Source: an uncultured Desulfobacter sp. (lineage in GTDB: Bacteria > Desulfobacterota > Desulfobacteria > Desulfobacterales > Desulfobacteraceae). From it: a DNA stretch of 64,000 nucleotides. Location: NCBI GenBank assembly GCA_963665095.1, contig OY762069.1, positions 1,248,001-1,312,000 on the forward strand, given 5' to 3'. Shown piece after piece: positions 1-8,729 of this stretch; position 1 is the first letter of the stretch; the number at the start of each line of letters is the position of its first letter. The position numbers and the translations under genes are program-made. Below the pieces are notes generated by a model, which searched no databases, had not been told where the DNA came from, and saw only the letters and a list, made by a program, of their open reading frames with translations.

Positions 1-1193
1 GGATCTACTCCCTCCCATTTTTTCAGGGGTGGAACAAATCCTCCATACCGTCTGGCAGCACAGTTTTTATCCAGGCCCTGCTCAGCAACATCCAAACCCA
101 TAACCCCCACAGCTCCCTTAGGAGGAGCCTCACCGAACTGTGCAACATACTGGTCATACCTCAGCCGTGCCCGGTCCACCCACTCGGCAGAAATTAACTG
201 TTCTTCGGATTGTGCAGGATATCGTCCCAGAACCATGTATGAAAAAGCGGGATTGATTATCTTATATGTCCCGGCCTGCAAAGGCGGATATAATCGATTA
301 TCCCCAGTTCGCTTAGCCTGGGCTCCAACAAGAAAATCTGGCAGCTCATAACAGGAATACTCTGAATAAGTCTCGTCCGGAGCTAAAGGACGGGTCCATT
401 CATTTATTCGGCGGACCGTAACTGCCCTGGATACGGCGCCGGGGATGATGTCTTTGCCTGTCAAGACGTTGGGATGGTTAAACGCTGTCAAAGACACTAT
501 ATTCGCGGTTTTGTCCCGCTCCATCCGGTGAGGAGTCCCAGCCGCTGCCCTGGGATTGAACATAATCAACATTCGGACATGCCCACCGGTCATGCATGAT
601 TCAGTGCCTTTGTATACTTCATCTGGGATAGCATCCCCTTCATCAAAGATAAAAAGCATGTACGGTGCATGCTTGCCTGAAAACTTGGCTTCCCTTTCCG
701 CTGGTGTGCCGGATGAAGGAATTGCAACCCCCTTCATAAACTCCAAAGAATTACGTTTGACTTCCAGATTTTTTACAGTGTCCCCTACGGTCAATTGTGG
801 ATAGTTGTAAATCAGATATCCGATTTCTCCCCACAACAGTGTCTGAAGATTCTCCTTAGGCGGGGCGGCAGCCGTATAGACCTGGGCCCCGGGAAAGCAC
901 TTGTAAAACCAAAAAGCCACTCTGGCCGCGGCATGAGTTTTTCCTGTAGCATTGGCAGACTTGGCAATAGTGATGACGTTATCTCTGACAGAATTCATCA
1001 TTGCCTGGACATCATCAGTGAAAGCTTCTCCCAGCTCATCAACGCAAAAACCATGAGGATCTTGCTGATAAGCCAAAAGCGCTGGATCAACACCGGGATT
1101 ATCCAGGCGCGATAACACTGTTTCTGGATCAAACAGAGAAAGGATCGAATCAACGATCTCTGGCTGATATGTCTCGAAAACGGCATTATTCAT
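1..1193 (-). CDS. Phage terminase large subunit (partial, runs off window)
   Basis: Not in ORF track. My translation from ATG at 1193 gives MNNAVFETYQPEIV...IAKSANATGKTHAAARVAFWF (Walker-A-like); directly downstream of TerS. Confidence 0.8.
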   Translation of the reverse strand, partial: MNNAVFETYQPEIVDSILSLFDPETVLSRLDNPGVDPALLAYQQDPHGFCVDELGEAFTDDVQAMMNSVRDNVITIAKSANATGKTHAAARVAFWFYKCFPGAQVYTAAAPPKENLQTLLWGEIGYLIYNYPQLTVGDTVKNLEVKRNSLEFMKGVAIPSSGTPAEREAKFSGKHAPYMLFIFDEGDAIPDEVYKGTESCMTGGHVRMLIMFNPRAAAGTPHRMERDKTANIVSLTAFNHPNVLTGKDIIPGAVSRAVTVRRINEWTRPLAPDETYSEYSCYELPDFLVGAQAKRTGDNRLYPPLQAGTYKIINPAFSYMVLGRYPAQSEEQLISAEWVDRARLRYDQYVAQFGEAPPKGAVGVMGLDVAEQGLDKNCAARRYGGFVPPLKKWEGVD

Positions 1194-1800
1194 CGTCTTG
1201 ACTCTTCACTGTCTGGGAGATTTTCTCTCTAAGGGCTTCCCTTACTGGTTCGGGAAGGGCTCGAAGGATTTCATCTAAAGCAGATTCCCTGCGCTGAAGG
1301 TTGTCTTTTTCAAAAAGGCCCTGATACTTAGCCAGAGCTTCCCTTGCAGAATCGCCCTTGTCCCATTTTATAGTTACAAGGGATTCTTCGGTTGTCTCAA
1401 TTCCGTCTTCACCATCCTCCAGGTCCACCTTTCGAATTTTGGTGTCCAGGCGATGGACCTTTATTTCGGTTACCGCAGCAGCCGTATCGCGGTTCATTCG
1501 GTGCAAAGGTTTGATATTCCCATCTGCATTGATAAGGCTTCTCGGATCAAAGTAAGCCCTTCTTGCAAAAGCTCGTAGTGTCCGCTCTGGCGTAATTTCC
1601 AGCTTCTCCGCTATCTCGGCTTTCCTTTTGTCTAAATAGGCTATAACCTTAACATTTCTTAACAATCTTGCTGCAGCAGAAGCGGCTGTGGAATCTTTTA
1701 CAACATTGGGGTAGGCTACTTTGTAGGCACGGGTCCCATTGAAATCAATGAGGTATTCCTCACAAAAGAGAATTCGCTTATCGGTAAGACCCTTCGCCAT
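1186..1800 (-). CDS. Terminase small subunit
   Basis: LTDKRILFCEEYLIDFNGTRAYKVAY...AARLLRNVKV is a typical Terminase_2 N-terminus; likely start MAKG at 1800. Confidence 0.88.
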   Translation of the reverse strand: MAKGLTDKRILFCEEYLIDFNGTRAYKVAYPNVVKDSTAASAAARLLRNVKVIAYLDKRKAEIAEKLEITPERTLRAFARRAYFDPRSLINADGNIKPLHRMNRDTAAAVTEIKVHRLDTKIRKVDLEDGEDGIETTEESLVTIKWDKGDSAREALAKYQGLFEKDNLQRRESALDEILRALPEPVREALREKISQTVKSQDDE

Positions 1801-1893
1801 TATTTTCGTTTCCGTTTGAGGATCCGCCACCAACGCTCGATCTTCCGGCAAAGCTGCGGCGTGAAGTTAACCGTCAAAGAGAGCTTAAACTCC

Positions 1894-2196
1894 TTAAACG
1901 GCAGACGTTTCAGTGGATTTCTCATCGTCAACCACTACGTCCCGGTCGCTGTCACTTATGCTTGAAACCTTACGCACAGATGTGGCAAGGATGCCGATAG
2001 CAAAATCGTCCAGCTTATTGCTGGTTTTGGCGGCCTCAATCTCTGCACGGTCGAGCAAATCCTCAATGAAATTCTTCAATTCATCCCCGGTAAGCGCTGC
2101 GCAAACCGCAGTCAGCACCGTGGTCAAACCAGTTACCGCCACGTTTTTAACTGCAGTGGTGGTGGCCTCTGAAATCGCGTCTGTTAATGTGCTCAT
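1894..2196 (-). CDS. Phage hypothetical protein (possible lysis/holin-associated)
   Basis: ORF in late-gene orientation among small membrane ORFs. Confidence 0.5.
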   Translation of the reverse strand: MSTLTDAISEATTTAVKNVAVTGLTTVLTAVCAALTGDELKNFIEDLLDRAEIEAAKTSNKLDDFAIGILATSVRKVSSISDSDRDVVVDDEKSTETSAV

Positions 2197-2207
2197 TTAA
2201 GTTTCCT

Positions 2208-2402
2208 TTACTTGTTGTCTGGCAGAACCTTCCGCCGGTTCTCCAACTCGGTGATAACCTCCACCACCTCATCATCAATGGTTGTCTTTGTCCTTTTGGC
2301 TATCACCTTAAAAACTCCCCAGGCGAAGCCAAGTATTAGCCAGTGAGCATTGAGGACCTTAAAAACAAACCCTGATGAATCAAAAAAAAGCCATTCCATC
2401 AT
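2208..2402 (-). CDS. Small membrane protein, holin-like
   Basis: One hydrophobic helix followed by KRTKTTIDD; GGGAGA RBS. Confidence 0.45.
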   Translation of the reverse strand: MMEWLFFDSSGFVFKVLNAHWLILGFAWGVFKVIAKRTKTTIDDEVVEVITELENRRKVLPDNK

Positions 2403-2658
2403 ACAATCTCCCCTTCACAAGTGTTTCAGGCTACGGAGCAGGACAACGACAACCTGTCTTGCTTCTATTTGAGGCTCAACTCATAAAGGGTCTCCTTAAT
2501 TACCAAGGCTTCTTCTGGCGACACCAAATGCATGTGTTTTAAATCTGGCTCCTTCTCATAGCCCTCATAAACGGATTGGTGAAAGATCTCTTCCCTCTTG
2601 GGAGGATTGTTTTCCGTTGGCCATATCCCATACCCAGGGAGAGATACAAACATTCTCC

Positions 2659-3006
2659 TTACCCCTCGTCCTTATCCCCAAGCAAAACCTTATGCCGTTC
2701 CAGGACCTTCTCATGCTGATCCGTACGGGCATAAAGCTCTTTGAATTTCTCGGCCGTTCCGTTCTTATCAGCAAACCGTTCAGCAAGGGTTTCCCGGCAT
2801 GTGGTCTGCTTGGACAAAAACTCTTTTTGGTTGGAAATGATATCGTTGAGCTGCCTTTTCCCCAGCCATGCGACCAGGGCAAGAAGAATGGTGATCACCC
2901 CAAACCCGATCATAATAAGAACAGCTTCGGGAGTCCACGCGGAAGAGGCCCCGGGCGCCTGCACCTGGACTTGCGGAAGAGTGGCGGTTAGGAAAAGTAA
3001 TGGCAT
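2659..3006 (-). CDS. Single-TM coiled-coil phage protein (holin-like)
   Basis: TM segment VLIMIGFGVITILLALVAWL plus a coiled-coil tail. Confidence 0.5.
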   Translation of the reverse strand: MPLLFLTATLPQVQVQAPGASSAWTPEAVLIMIGFGVITILLALVAWLGKRQLNDIISNQKEFLSKQTTCRETLAERFADKNGTAEKFKELYARTDQHEKVLERHKVLLGDKDEG

Positions 3007-3193
3007 GACCCTTTTCCTATTGGGCGGTGGCGGTTTAATCCGGCAGGCAGGCGGGAGGCTTCAGGCGCCCGGGGGAAAATCGGTTGGTTTAAATCATCTG
3101 TTCTCACCCTCTAAATCTCCATATATAAAAAATCTGGAACTTAATGGGTGGGATTTTGCGGGGTTATTTGGCGGGCGTCAAACGGGGGGAGCG

Positions 3194-3272
3194 GATCATT
3201 ACAGTATCATCGTAGCTCATTACCGTATCATGACGGATCATCGTGGGTAAAAATCGGATCATCGTGGATCAT
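3194..3272. repeat. Helically phased (G/T)ATCAT-type direct-repeat array
   Basis: TCAT cores end at 3199, 3210, 3220, 3231, 3241, 3262 and 3272 (10-11 bp steps, one 21-bp gap). Confidence 0.7.
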
Positions 3273-3463
3273 TTTTTCACAACGATCAAGAATCTGCTTT
3301 GTTTTTTCGTCTATGAGGTCAATTTCTTTCCTGTAAGAGCTTAATTTTTTATCGTAATAGTTAAAACCACCAGGCAAATTGGTTATCGCGTCTATAAGGG
3401 TTTGACGTTGACGTTGATAGCCACGGACAGCGGCTACATGTGCTTGTATTCCATCTAACACGG

Positions 3464-3655
3464 TCATTTCTGTTTCCTTTGCCACTCATCCATCTCACTT
3501 GGAAAGGCTCTAACCACGCCACCCCCTGGCCGCTTAACAGGTAATCCTATTCTAGCCCATCTCTTTGCAGTTGGCACAGACACACGGAGATACGCGGCAA
3601 TTTCCTTCCAGGTTACCTTAGCTTCCGTCTCTTCCTGACTGGTGGTGTCTTGCAT
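3464..3655 (-). CDS. Xis/MerR-like winged-HTH DNA-binding protein
   Basis: WKEIAAYLRVSVPTAKRWARIGLPV...RAFPSEMDEW is an HTH_17-type pattern. Confidence 0.75.
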   Translation of the reverse strand: MQDTTSQEETEAKVTWKEIAAYLRVSVPTAKRWARIGLPVKRPGGGVVRAFPSEMDEWQRKQK

Positions 3656-4134
3656 ATTCCTTTCCTCTTCCCTCATAACAACCGTTTCTGAGCCATAATA
3701 AGCCACCGCCGTGGGATAACAGCTTGGGAATGAGCAAGGGGCCTTCTACCACTATGCCACCTAACCATTTTCCAGTTCCTTAGCATCCACCGATATTTTC
3801 CATTTTTCCAAAACTGACGTAATAGAGACATTCTATCGTCTAAATGCCTTATTGAGGTGTCCTGCATATTCCTCTTCTCTCCTGCGAACCGTTACAGACT
3901 TAGAGTCTTCATGCTGAATGACTTTAAATTTATTGCCCATTATTTTTTTGAACCATTTAAGCGGCTTGTCCTGGGGGTGGGGGAATAAAGCAAATTCCCC
4001 TGTAGGTAAGGTCTTTGGATACGTACTCTGCCACAGATCCATGATCACATAATCGTCAATTTGACAGCATTGCCCAGGAGACATGCTTAAAGCTATCTTC
4101 AACTGGGCAATTGATCTTTCTTCGGGTTTTGACA

Positions 4135-4923
4135 TTAAGCCGACTCCTCCAACTCACCGGGCAAAACTTCCTTTTCAAGATGCCAAAGAATCTGCCCCTC
4201 GGCTGTTCTCCGGTCCTTGGCTGCCCAACCGCGAATGCGTTCCAATAGCTCCGGCTCTTCTCGCAGGTCCAGAAAAAAACATCCCTCCGGCACCACTGGC
4301 AACTCAACCTTTCCCGCTTTAATCCTTCTTGCAGCCCTTCTCTTTGCATTCCGGCAGTCTTTACAGTGAGAGTCAAATCCAGAACTGTACCCAGCATCCC
4401 GCTGGAAGTTCTCCGGAGTGAGGGGCAGCTCCCGGCCGCATTCACCTCGGCAGACTGCCGTTTCAACTGGTAAGGCTTCCTGAATGGTTGCCGGGGCCGG
4501 CTTTGGGATGGACTCCTTGGGCGCGGGGTCAACCGGTACCGCCCGGGGCTTCGGCGGTGGCGGTGCCTCTTTCTGGGCCGCAGGTGCCCGGCATACTTTA
4601 CAGGCGTTCGTCAACCCATCACTGGCCCGGTTGGCCACGTCGAAGTGATCCGTATCAGCCGGTAACAATTTTTTGCATATTGAACATAATTTCATATCTG
4701 GCATAAATTTAAGTTCTCCTTCCATATGTTTTTCATAGAGTTCCAGGCCAGTCTCACACCCGCCGCACATCTCCAGGTATTGATTATACTTCCATGCCTC
4801 ATGGCCGTTTTGTTGCTTGCCAGGCTGTGAGGCAACCTTATTCCCCGCTGCAATGACTTTTTGTCTCTCTATGCAGGTGTCGGGCCGCATAAAGCTGGCG
4901 TTATGGCGTTTGCACTCAATCAT
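4135..4923 (-). CDS. Cys-rich phage protein with C-terminal Arc-like RHH motif
   Basis: Repeated CxxC...F..D....DG....CK.C units; C-terminal LLERIRGWAAKDRRTAEGQILWHL. Confidence 0.6.
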   Translation of the reverse strand: MIECKRHNASFMRPDTCIERQKVIAAGNKVASQPGKQQNGHEAWKYNQYLEMCGGCETGLELYEKHMEGELKFMPDMKLCSICKKLLPADTDHFDVANRASDGLTNACKVCRAPAAQKEAPPPPKPRAVPVDPAPKESIPKPAPATIQEALPVETAVCRGECGRELPLTPENFQRDAGYSSGFDSHCKDCRNAKRRAARRIKAGKVELPVVPEGCFFLDLREEPELLERIRGWAAKDRRTAEGQILWHLEKEVLPGELEESA

Positions 4924-5360
4924 AAATCCACCTTTTTCAGCCAGACACCTGGGTTATCCGGGTCAACGTCATAATCCAAACCGTTTGACATCATCGGGTA
5001 AGGCACAAAGCAATCCATGTTGTCATCCGGAATGAATCCATGGGCCACCAGCAGGTCTGCAATGATCTGCACAGCATTATGGAAATCAAACTTGCGCCGG
5101 CTGTCCCGAACAAAGAAAAATTTTACCCTGACCGGCAGGCTGGCCCCGATAAAATAATCACCGACTGCTTGCCGGAATAAATTCGGCCTGGTGGAATAAT
5201 CCTCGACCCCTGACCGGGTTGAGTATTTTTTGATACCCATGGTCCTCAGGTACTTCCGAACAGCATCAGACGGCACCAGGGTGGTATAGTCTTTTCCTGG
5301 AAGGGAAACAGGCTTTTTGCTGTTCTTCACGCTTGGGACGTTGTTTGGAATAAAGATCAT
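4920..5360 (-). CDS. RusA-like Holliday junction resolvase
   Basis: VPSVKNS N-terminus; RRKFDFHN...DLL...G.IPDDN. Confidence 0.7.
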   Translation of the reverse strand: MIFIPNNVPSVKNSKKPVSLPGKDYTTLVPSDAVRKYLRTMGIKKYSTRSGVEDYSTRPNLFRQAVGDYFIGASLPVRVKFFFVRDSRRKFDFHNAVQIIADLLVAHGFIPDDNMDCFVPYPMMSNGLDYDVDPDNPGVWLKKVDL

Positions 5361-5914
5361 GACGGCAGCCTCTTTACTGCGTCGTTGATTATTTTTTTAA
5401 TCTCCCCGCTTTCTGGGCCAGAAAGTTCTGGCAGGATATTTCTCCCGGCAACCTTATCGTTTTCAAATTCCTGGTAGGCTTTTACAAACTCCTTACGAAA
5501 AAAAACAAACCCAGGATCACGCACAGCCATCATGTCCAGCTGTCGAAAAGTCCACCGATGAGTCATCAAGTACGTGGTTATCTCGTCATAAAACAAAGCC
5601 TCTGCATCCCGTCCCCATTCTTTCAGCGTTTCAATAACCTTGTCCGCCTCAATTTCTGCTTTAATGCTGACTGTGGGCGATTCAATAAGCCGTATGGCGT
5701 CGATAAATTCCTTGATCGTTGGCACGGCCGGGAACGTTTCTCGTCTATTTTTGAGCAGGTGTATTGCACCCCTGGATATTTGCTCAATGGAAAATTCTTT
5801 CAGGAGATTAAAGCGAGTCTTCAACTGCTCCTTGCTGATATCCCCACCGAAGTTTTCAGAAACACCGACCATGATCGAAGAAAACTTTTTAAATTCGTCC
5901 GGTGTGTTGTTCAT
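5357..5914 (-). CDS. Replication-associated protein (possible helicase loader/inhibitor)
   Basis: Immediately downstream of the initiator; FPAVPTIKEF motif. Confidence 0.5.
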   Translation of the reverse strand: MNNTPDEFKKFSSIMVGVSENFGGDISKEQLKTRFNLLKEFSIEQISRGAIHLLKNRRETFPAVPTIKEFIDAIRLIESPTVSIKAEIEADKVIETLKEWGRDAEALFYDEITTYLMTHRWTFRQLDMMAVRDPGFVFFRKEFVKAYQEFENDKVAGRNILPELSGPESGEIKKIINDAVKRLPS

Positions 5915-6857
5915 TGCTGCACCCTCTCGTCATTTCGTCCACAAAATCCGCTCCAGCCTGTTTATTCCGCTCTGCCCTGGTTATCTTTTCCTTGCGGATC
6001 GGCACAACCTTGTTGCGGTAGTTGCCGTTCAGGACCTTTGCCATGTTTGTGGGTTTGACAAGCCAATCAAACGAGGCATGAAACGGCCTGTCTGAGTTTA
6101 TACGCCCCATCAGGAAATCAGACTCAGACACGGTATTGAAGAAATCAGACCACCAATCAAGATTTTGCCTTGCCCGGTCCTCCCGCCACCGGGCTTGTAA
6201 ATTTTTTTGAATTATGCTGTTTGTTACCTTGCACTTCGGTAGGATATCCCCAAGCGTTTGGTTGTATATTTCCTGGATTTTTTTCAAAGGGCATTTTTGT
6301 GGTGTCGGATGGTCATCGGAATCCGACTCCGGCGGTTCCGATGACGAGTACCCGTTAGGGTACTTATATTCTGTTACTGTATCTGTTACTGTATCTGTTT
6401 CTGTTACTGCTTCTGTTACTGCTTCTGTAGAGGTTGAAGGGGGGTTCAAGGGTGGTTCAACCACTTTCTGTGCTTTGATTTTGTATTTTTCAAGGATTGA
6501 TTTATTAGTATTTACAAATACTTGTACCTTATCAGGCCAGTTTTCAGCGACTATGTTTAAGGCCCCTTCTGCGAACTGCTTGTTCTGACACTGCCTTTTC
6601 AAGAAATTGGGGATAAAAACGACCTCATCCGTGGACCACCATTGAACCATATGAGCCAAACCCTTCAACAGGGGTTCAAGGTCGGTTGAAGGTATTTTTG
6701 TTTCAAATGCCATTCGTCGGAGGGTGATTTCATACATGCCAGACTGGTTGCATTGGCTGTTTGTCCAGAGGTATATAAATAAATACCGCTCCATTGGATT
6801 GAGCTTTTCAAAACGCTTATCTTCCCATGTTCCAGTGTCAAATTTTCTATAGGCCAT
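5889..6857 (-). CDS. Phage replication initiator (O/DnaD-like)
   Basis: N-terminal wHTH (W.D..FEKL...YLFIYL.TN), TE/TV low-complexity linker, C-terminal FDWLVKPTNMAKVLNGNY. Confidence 0.85.
   Translation of the reverse strand: MAYRKFDTGTWEDKRFEKLNPMERYLFIYLWTNSQCNQSGMYEITLRRMAFETKIPSTDLEPLLKGLAHMVQWWSTDEVVFIPNFLKRQCQNKQFAEGALNIVAENWPDKVQVFVNTNKSILEKYKIKAQKVVEPPLNPPSTSTEAVTEAVTETDTVTDTVTEYKYPNGYSSSEPPESDSDDHPTPQKCPLKKIQEIYNQTLGDILPKCKVTNSIIQKNLQARWREDRARQNLDWWSDFFNTVSESDFLMGRINSDRPFHASFDWLVKPTNMAKVLNGNYRNKVVPIRKEKITRAERNKQAGADFVDEMTRGCSNEQHTGRI
6370..6461. repeat. Iteron-like repeats inside the initiator gene (probable ori of prophage 1)
   Basis: Four 12-bp TCTGTTACTG(TA/CT) units plus GGTTGAAG/GGTTCAAG/GGTTCAAC repeats. 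Confidence 0.6.
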
Positions 6858-6872
6858 CAGTCCGCCCTTGGC

Positions 6873-7574
6873 TTAATTATTCGCAAAAACCGGGATTCCG
6901 GTTAACTTCTGTATTTCTTCAACAAAAAAACCGGGATCTCCGTTGTCGCCACTGATGTGGATTAAATGGATTTCCCGGCATTGTGACAGGTCGTTTGCCC
7001 TGATAAACGCCTTTACATTCTCAAGGCTAAAATGACTCTTTTTAATGCGGTTTCTGTGGGATGGGTGGATTGTCCCGTTTTCAATATTTTCATCCAGCAA
7101 ATCGTCTGAATAATTGCATTCAAGCATAAAATGGGTGACACCCTTAAACGCAAAGCGACTGTAATATGTGTCCGTGATGTAAAGGATCTTCCCGGTGGCC
7201 GATTGAATCAGAAACCCATGATTTTCGACATCGTGCTGGAGTGGAAAGGGCAGGACTGTAAATGCCCCAACCTTGAATTGTTCTTTTCCTTTGAAATTCT
7301 TTACACGGTGACCGGATAGGCCTGGGATTTCCGCCTGGGTTGTTTCCGACATCCAGACGTCCACCCCGGCCTTGGTCATATCCACAGCAGCCTTGCAGTG
7401 GTCTTTGTGGGAGTGTGAAATAAGACACCCGGAAATCCCGGATAACTGGAAATCGAAAGCCTGCCGGATCTTCCGGAAACTGATGCCGCATTCAATCATT
7501 AAGACGTTTGCACCGTCTGTGATTTGGTAACAGTTACCGGTAGATCCGGAGGCATGGGTGGCGATGGATATCAT
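6873..7574 (-). CDS. MBL-fold metallo-hydrolase (YycJ-like exonuclease)
   Basis: SGSTGNCY, HSHKDH, HD, YITDT, ECNY, HFS motifs. Confidence 0.9.
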   Translation of the reverse strand: MISIATHASGSTGNCYQITDGANVLMIECGISFRKIRQAFDFQLSGISGCLISHSHKDHCKAAVDMTKAGVDVWMSETTQAEIPGLSGHRVKNFKGKEQFKVGAFTVLPFPLQHDVENHGFLIQSATGKILYITDTYYSRFAFKGVTHFMLECNYSDDLLDENIENGTIHPSHRNRIKKSHFSLENVKAFIRANDLSQCREIHLIHISGDNGDPGFFVEEIQKLTGIPVFANN

Positions 7575-7847
7575 GGCCTATGCAGCTTTTATACTCTCAA
7601 GTGCCATGCAGTCCTTGCAACTTTCATTGACTGCCGGAATAGACCCGAAAACAATATCAGCAGCCCTGTCAAGTAGATCCCGTACTACCTGGACATCCTT
7701 TTGGATAATCATGGCCTTGGCTGAAAAAGGCATATAAAATCCGCTGTTATCAGCACTTTTCTCCCCTGGGTCTGTAATGGGTTCACACAAAAACACTGCA
7801 GGGAATGGCCCAAGGATATTTACAAGTGTCGTTAATGTTTCCATGGA

Positions 7848-8627
7848 TCAAAACCCCGGCCCACCAGCCATCTGCGCTTCAGCCTCGGCCCGCTCCTGGG
7901 CTTCAATCTCTGCCTTCTCAGCATCGGTCATGCCGTCAGATCCAGAAACGTCCTTTGGGTCTGGTTCCTGTTTTTTGACATTATTTGAGGGGGCAGGATC
8001 AATATCAAGAGTCTCTTTGTTGGCATTCTGATTTATCTCCGCCTGAATCTCTTTGTCAGGGGTGACATCAATAATCTCACCATCGTAAAGCTCTTCCGGC
8101 GTATGAAGCCCCATGGTCGTTTCCGGGGAATAGAGACGGATAAAAAAAGCAGCGGCCCGATATCTAAGCATCAAGTCCGGCAATGTTTTCCATTTTGAGC
8201 CGGATTTACTGTACCAACCTTCGGCTTTGGCCATGGCAATGGAAACAGGAGGGCCGTCAACAACCTCCTTGGTTTGGAGGTCAGTTGCATATGCAACACA
8301 CTGCTTATCATCACCGGAGCCAGACATTTTGTATTTCAAAGGGGAAAACTGCCCACCTTTATTGAAAAGGGCAATCTGTAACTGCGTTTCGATGGCGGGC
8401 TTGCCATGGATGACATACATCTTCTGCATTGCCATGAAGGGGTCTATCCCGGCCCTGTGGGCATAATTAAGAGCGATAACGCAGTTGCCGATATTATCCC
8501 GGAAGTGCTGCGGCACCATTGTGGAAGACGCCAGCATTTTACTTACTCTCTGCGCGTGTTCAAAGCCGGTTGTGTCAAAGAGTAAGGATTTATTTGTTAG
8601 TGTTGCTGGTACGTTATTGTTTGTCAT
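7848..8627 (-). CDS. RecT/Redbeta-like single-strand annealing protein
   Basis: MVPQHFR..IGNC.IAL; W...PDLMLRYRAAAFFIR; GLHTPEE. Confidence 0.8.
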   Translation of the reverse strand: MTNNNVPATLTNKSLLFDTTGFEHAQRVSKMLASSTMVPQHFRDNIGNCVIALNYAHRAGIDPFMAMQKMYVIHGKPAIETQLQIALFNKGGQFSPLKYKMSGSGDDKQCVAYATDLQTKEVVDGPPVSIAMAKAEGWYSKSGSKWKTLPDLMLRYRAAAFFIRLYSPETTMGLHTPEELYDGEIIDVTPDKEIQAEINQNANKETLDIDPAPSNNVKKQEPDPKDVSGSDGMTDAEKAEIEAQERAEAEAQMAGGPGF

Positions 8628-8729
8628 TTCTTCTCTCCTTTAAATATTTTTCCATGAAAACAACCCTGTATTTGGGTTGTAATCTAAAAACTGCTTTATT
8701 TCTTTTTGGGATATTTCCATGCATTATTC

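Noticed and set aside
998..1186. 62-aa ORF in the track after TerS
   Set aside because: Wrong frame; the terminase large subunit starts at 1193 in another frame and runs off the window.
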